A stretch of DNA of 64,000 nt from Paraspadella gotoi. Lineage: Eukaryota > Animalia > Chaetognatha. Shown here piece by piece: positions 59,671 through 64,000 of the stretch. How positions within the stretch are numbered: position 1 is the stretch's first letter; the number at the start of each line of letters is the position of its first letter. Made by a program: the position numbers and the translations under genes. The stretch spans positions 1,993,252 through 2,057,251 of the forward strand of contig JBJCIZ010000744.1 of the NCBI GenBank assembly GCA_051294375.1, in the 5' to 3' direction. The notes under the pieces are model-generated. The model had not been told where the DNA came from and did no database searches. It saw nothing but the letters and a program-made list of their open reading frames with translations.

Positions 59671-60661
59671 CAAAGTCAGAGACAGAGAGAGATTGCCAGG
59701 CCGAACTCTATTCGGATAAGAATAAGCTCAGGGGTTGAGGTTAGGCTTCACCGCCGATCGTTTCCGGCTAAAACTGCGCTTATCTTTGGAAAAACCTCGC
59801 GAGGGGGGAGTAAGGGGGGGGGAAGGTGAGGAAGATCCGAGGGTCGGGGTTGAAACGGGGGGCTGGGGCGGACTGGGTAAGGCGAGGGGCTTAAGGTGAG
59901 TCCGACGTTTTCAATCGAGTAAGTTTTATATTGAGAGAAGGGAAAGATTAAGATTTAGGAAAATGTTGTGATTTTGAATTCGGTGATCTCTTGAGGGGCT
60001 CTATTTTCTCAGAGTGCCCCATTTCTGTTGCTTTTTCCCCAGAATCTTTAATATTTAAACTAAATATTTTTTTTAAAATTTAAAACCCAATCATTAACCT
60101 TAATTGCAAACCTTAATTTCAAACATTAATTTTATTCTCAATTTTAACCATATACTTTTGTGCTTTAATCTTAAACCTTAATTACTGACCCTAATCATTA
60201 ATATAATCCCTAACCCTTACCTTCAATCAAATTTTTTATTTGAAAAATTAACTTAATTCCGAATTTAAGATGAAATGTGGCGTTCTCGGAAAATAAGGCC
60301 AAATAATCAAAGACAAATTAGTAATTAAAAATAAAGCAAGAAAAAAAATCAGAGTTTAATCAAGTGGAAGGAAATCAGAGAGAGAGAGAGAGAGAGAGNN
60401 NNNNNNNNNNNNNNNNNNNNNNNNNNNNNNNNNNNNNNNNNNNNNNNNNNNNNNNNNNNNNNNNNNNNNNNNNNNNNNGAGAGAGAGAGAGAGAGAGACA
60501 GAGCAATTGGAACGGGACTAAAGAATGACATCAAATTGGCGAAAAAGGGGACAATGAGCGAATGGAAACGCTAGATGGCGTAATCGGTGTTCCATTGGCA
60601 TCGAGAGCAGAAGCGGGGATTGTAAAATCCTTGATAGTTGATTGAGCGGTTTTAATGTCTG

Positions 60662-60693
<32 letters not shown>

Positions 60694-63600
60694 NNNNNNN
60701 NNNNNNNNNNNNNNNNNNNNNNNNNNNNNNNNNNNNNNNNNNNNNNNNNNNNNNNNNNNNNNNNNNNNNNNNNNNNNNNNNNNNNNNNNNNNNNNNNNNN
60801 NNNNNNNNNNNNNNNNNNNNNNNNNNNNNNNNNNNNNNNNNNNNNNNNNNNNNNNNNNNNNNNNNNNNNNNNNNNNNNNNNNNNNNNNNNNNNNNNNNNN
60901 NNNNNNNNNNNNNNNNNNNNCCGCCGTAGACCTTAATTTCCCTCTTCATTATTACAGGCCTTGATAAGGGGCTAAAGACCTTCCAACCCGCCATTTGCAT
61001 ACGACGCCATTAATTCTCTCGAGTTTAGAGAAAAATTTCCCAAAGAAAAACCCGAAGAAGAAGAAAAGGAGAAGGAGAAAGAAGGAGAAAAGAAGGAGAA
61101 AGAAGGAGAAGAATAAAGAGAAAAGAAGAAGAAAATTCAGGAGAGGAAAAAATATAAGAACTGAAGAACAATTTCGACGTTTACGTGTATCTTTCGAAGT
61201 TTGACTGACTGTTGTTTTTGTTTTTGTTTTTGTTTTTGTTTTTTTTCATCTCTGTTTCCTGTTTACTGAATAAGACCGTACCAAAACAATAAAATTGATA
61301 TATAAAACTAAAAAAATAATAATCTAATTTCAAATGGCTGGGGTTGTGACTGCCCGGACCTCTTTTGTCTCCTTTAACTTTTTGTTTATAAAAAAGAAAA
61401 CATTTTTTGATACAAAAGAAAAAGATTTCGTATCTGCGATTGTGAACATTTGAGACGTGTTTTANNNNNNNNNNNNNNNNNNNNNNNNNNNNNNNNNNNN
61501 NNNNNNNNNNNNNNNNNNNNNNNNNNNNNNNNNNNNNNNNNNNNNNNNNNNNNNNNNNNNNNNNNNNNNNNNNNNNNNNNNNNNNNNNNNNNNNNNNNNN
61601 NNNNNNNNNNNNNNNNNNNNNNNNNNNNNNNNNNNNNNNNNNNNNNNNNNNNNNNNNNNNNNNNNNNNNNNNNNNNNNNNNNNNNNNNNNNNNNNNNNNN
61701 NNNNNNNNNNNNNNNNNNNNNNNNNNNNNNNNNNNNNNNNNNNNNNNNNNNNNNNNNNNNNNNNNNNNNNNNNNNNNNNNNNNNNNNNNNNNNNNNNNNN
61801 NNNNNNNNNNNNNNNNNNNNNNNNNNNNNNNNNNNNNNNNNNNNNNNNNNNNNNNNNNNNNNNNNNNNNNNNNNNNNNNNNNNNNNNNNNNNNNNNNNNN
61901 NNNNNNNATCAAGACCATATGCGTGGAACGGCCATTGTCCAGACTCTAGTGTCCACATTTGCTCTTCTCGCTCGAAAAAATCATCGCTGGAAATTAAGGA
62001 CAATGGTCTCTTTATGCCAGCGACCGTGACGAATCACGATTGGTCGGTGAAAATTAATTTCGCGTCGCTGATTGGTGGAAAACTGTCCTCGCGACGACAA
62101 AAAATGGCGGCTGTTAATTAATGGACTCGCCGTGGTTTCATCCGTGTGTCAGAGGAAGTCAAAGAAGCTATGATGAATTCGATTATCACTTCTGTCAATC
62201 AATCCTTGGCCTTATTTTCCAAAAGTGCTTAATTTCAGCTTAATTTCAAAATTAAATTAGTTTTTAGGTTTAAAGTTTAAGGATTTGGTTAAAGATTAGG
62301 AAAAAAATTGGGATATAACATTCAATATATACTACGTTTTAGGAATAAGCTGTCCAAATGCGGGGCTTTCGTAAAAATGTTAACAATGTGATTCAATTAC
62401 ATTATACTTTTTAAAAACTTAAAAACTTATACAAACTAAAATTGGCTACAATGATCCATTTTTTGGCATCGAATACAAAGAATTGAAAAATTTTGCTATT
62501 TATTTTTTTCTTTTTTTTTTTTTGTCTGTAGGAAGAAAAGTGGAAAGGAAATAAAAATGGAGAATCAAAATAAAATGAAAGAAAAAAAAGAAGAACTTTG
62601 CACCGGAAGTGAAAAGAAAGAGAGAGAGAGAAACTGAAAGAGAGNNNNNNNNNNNNNNNNNNNNNNNNNNNNNNNNNNNNNNNNNNNNNNNNNNNNNNNN
62701 NNNNNNNNNNNNNNNNNNNNNNNNNNNNNNNNNNNNNNNNNNNNNNNNNNNNNNNNNNNNNNNNNNNNNNNNNNNNNNNNNNNNNNNNNNNNNNNNNNNN
62801 NNNNNNNNNNNNNNNNNNNNNNNNNNNNNNNNNNNNNNNNNNNNNNNNNNNNNNNNNNNNNNNNNNNNNNNNNNNNNNNNNNNNNNNNNNNAAAGAAAGA
62901 AAAAAAGAAAATAAAGAAAAACAAAAAGGAAAAAGAGAGAAAGAAAGAGAGAAAGAAAGAAGGAAAGAAAGAAAAAAATAAAGAAAAACAAAAGAGAAAA
63001 AGAAAGAGAGAAATAAAGAGCGAAAGAAAGAAATAAAGAAAGAGAGATATAAAGAAAGAAAGAAAGAAAGAAATAAAGAGAGAAAGAAAGAGAGAGAGAA
63101 AGAAAGAGAGAGGGAGCCGGAATGGAGTCAATTTGGCGGGAACCGCTTTTCAATGGAGTTTCACGATATGAAGACTTGAAAAAGAAAAAAGGTAATTTTG
63201 GAGGAAAGAAGAAGAAGAGAAAAGGAAGAANNNNNNNNNNNNNNNNNNNNNNNNNNNNNNNNNNNNNNNNNNNNNNNNNNNNNNNNNNNNNNNNNNNNNN
63301 NNNNNNNNNNNNNNNNNNNNNNNNNNNNNNNNNNNNNNNNNNNNNNNNNNNNNNNNNNNNNNNNNNNNNNNNNNNNNNNNNNNNNNNNNNNNNNNNNNNN
63401 NNNNNNNNNNNNNNNNNNNNNNNNNNNNNNNNNNNNNNNNNNNNNNNNNNNNNNNNNNNNGAGAGAGAGAGAGAGAAGAGTGGATGAGGTTGCCATGATC
63501 CTGTCTAAGCCTTTTGCAAAACCGCAGCTGCGACTCGATCGAAGGAAACGAATATGAGAAAAGAATTGGGTGGAGGTGGAGGGGGAGGAAGAGGAGGAGG

Positions 63601-64000
63601 AAGAGGAAGAAGAAGAGGAGGAGGAAGAGGATGAGAACAGGAAGGAGGAAACTCGGAAAAAACGTGACGTCAGACGAAGAAAAAATTAAACGCGTCTTAG
63701 AGAGAAAAAAAGTATTTTTTGATAAGAAAATATTTATAAACAGGGAATAGAAATAGTAATATTTTATGCTATCAAATTAAAAATAAAGTCAATTTCGTTG
63801 CGGCGGAAGAAAGCGATAAGATATTGAAAAGAATACGGAAGCGCATTCAGTTATAAAGATAAAGTAAAAGATTTAGAAAAGTGGCATGGGAAAAAAACAT
63901 TGGGGGGAAAAAACAATTATAATTAATTTAAAAACATTATTAACTTATTACCTGGATACCCTGTTACCCTCTCGATAAATACAATGTTCTTTTGTCTGTC

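Overview
Eukaryotic (probably invertebrate animal) genomic DNA from a rough draft assembly: many N runs, very dense microsatellites ((AG)n, (GAC)n, (AAT)n, (GATA)n) and several 0.3-4 kb segments present twice, where one copy carries the insertion-rich noise typical of unpolished long reads. Almost all ORFs in the supplied track are low-complexity or N-spanning artefacts. The one well-supported gene is not visible as a single ORF. It has five coding exons on the minus strand (35405-35190, 34933-34765, 33709-33534, 32870-32692, 28464-28308), all GT-AG with matching phases 0/1/0/2. It encodes a 298-aa secreted aerolysin-superfamily (ETX/MTX2-type) beta-pore-forming toxin-like protein. Also seen: an upstream Lys-Pro-Thr-Ser repeat ORF on the same strand; three copies of a Helentron-associated (DINE-1/HINE-like) non-autonomous element; an LTR-like segment whose tRNA-Leu primer-binding site extends to 44 nt including CCA; several minisatellites; and a few low-confidence orphan exons. 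All family assignments come from motif recognition by eye; no database search was run.
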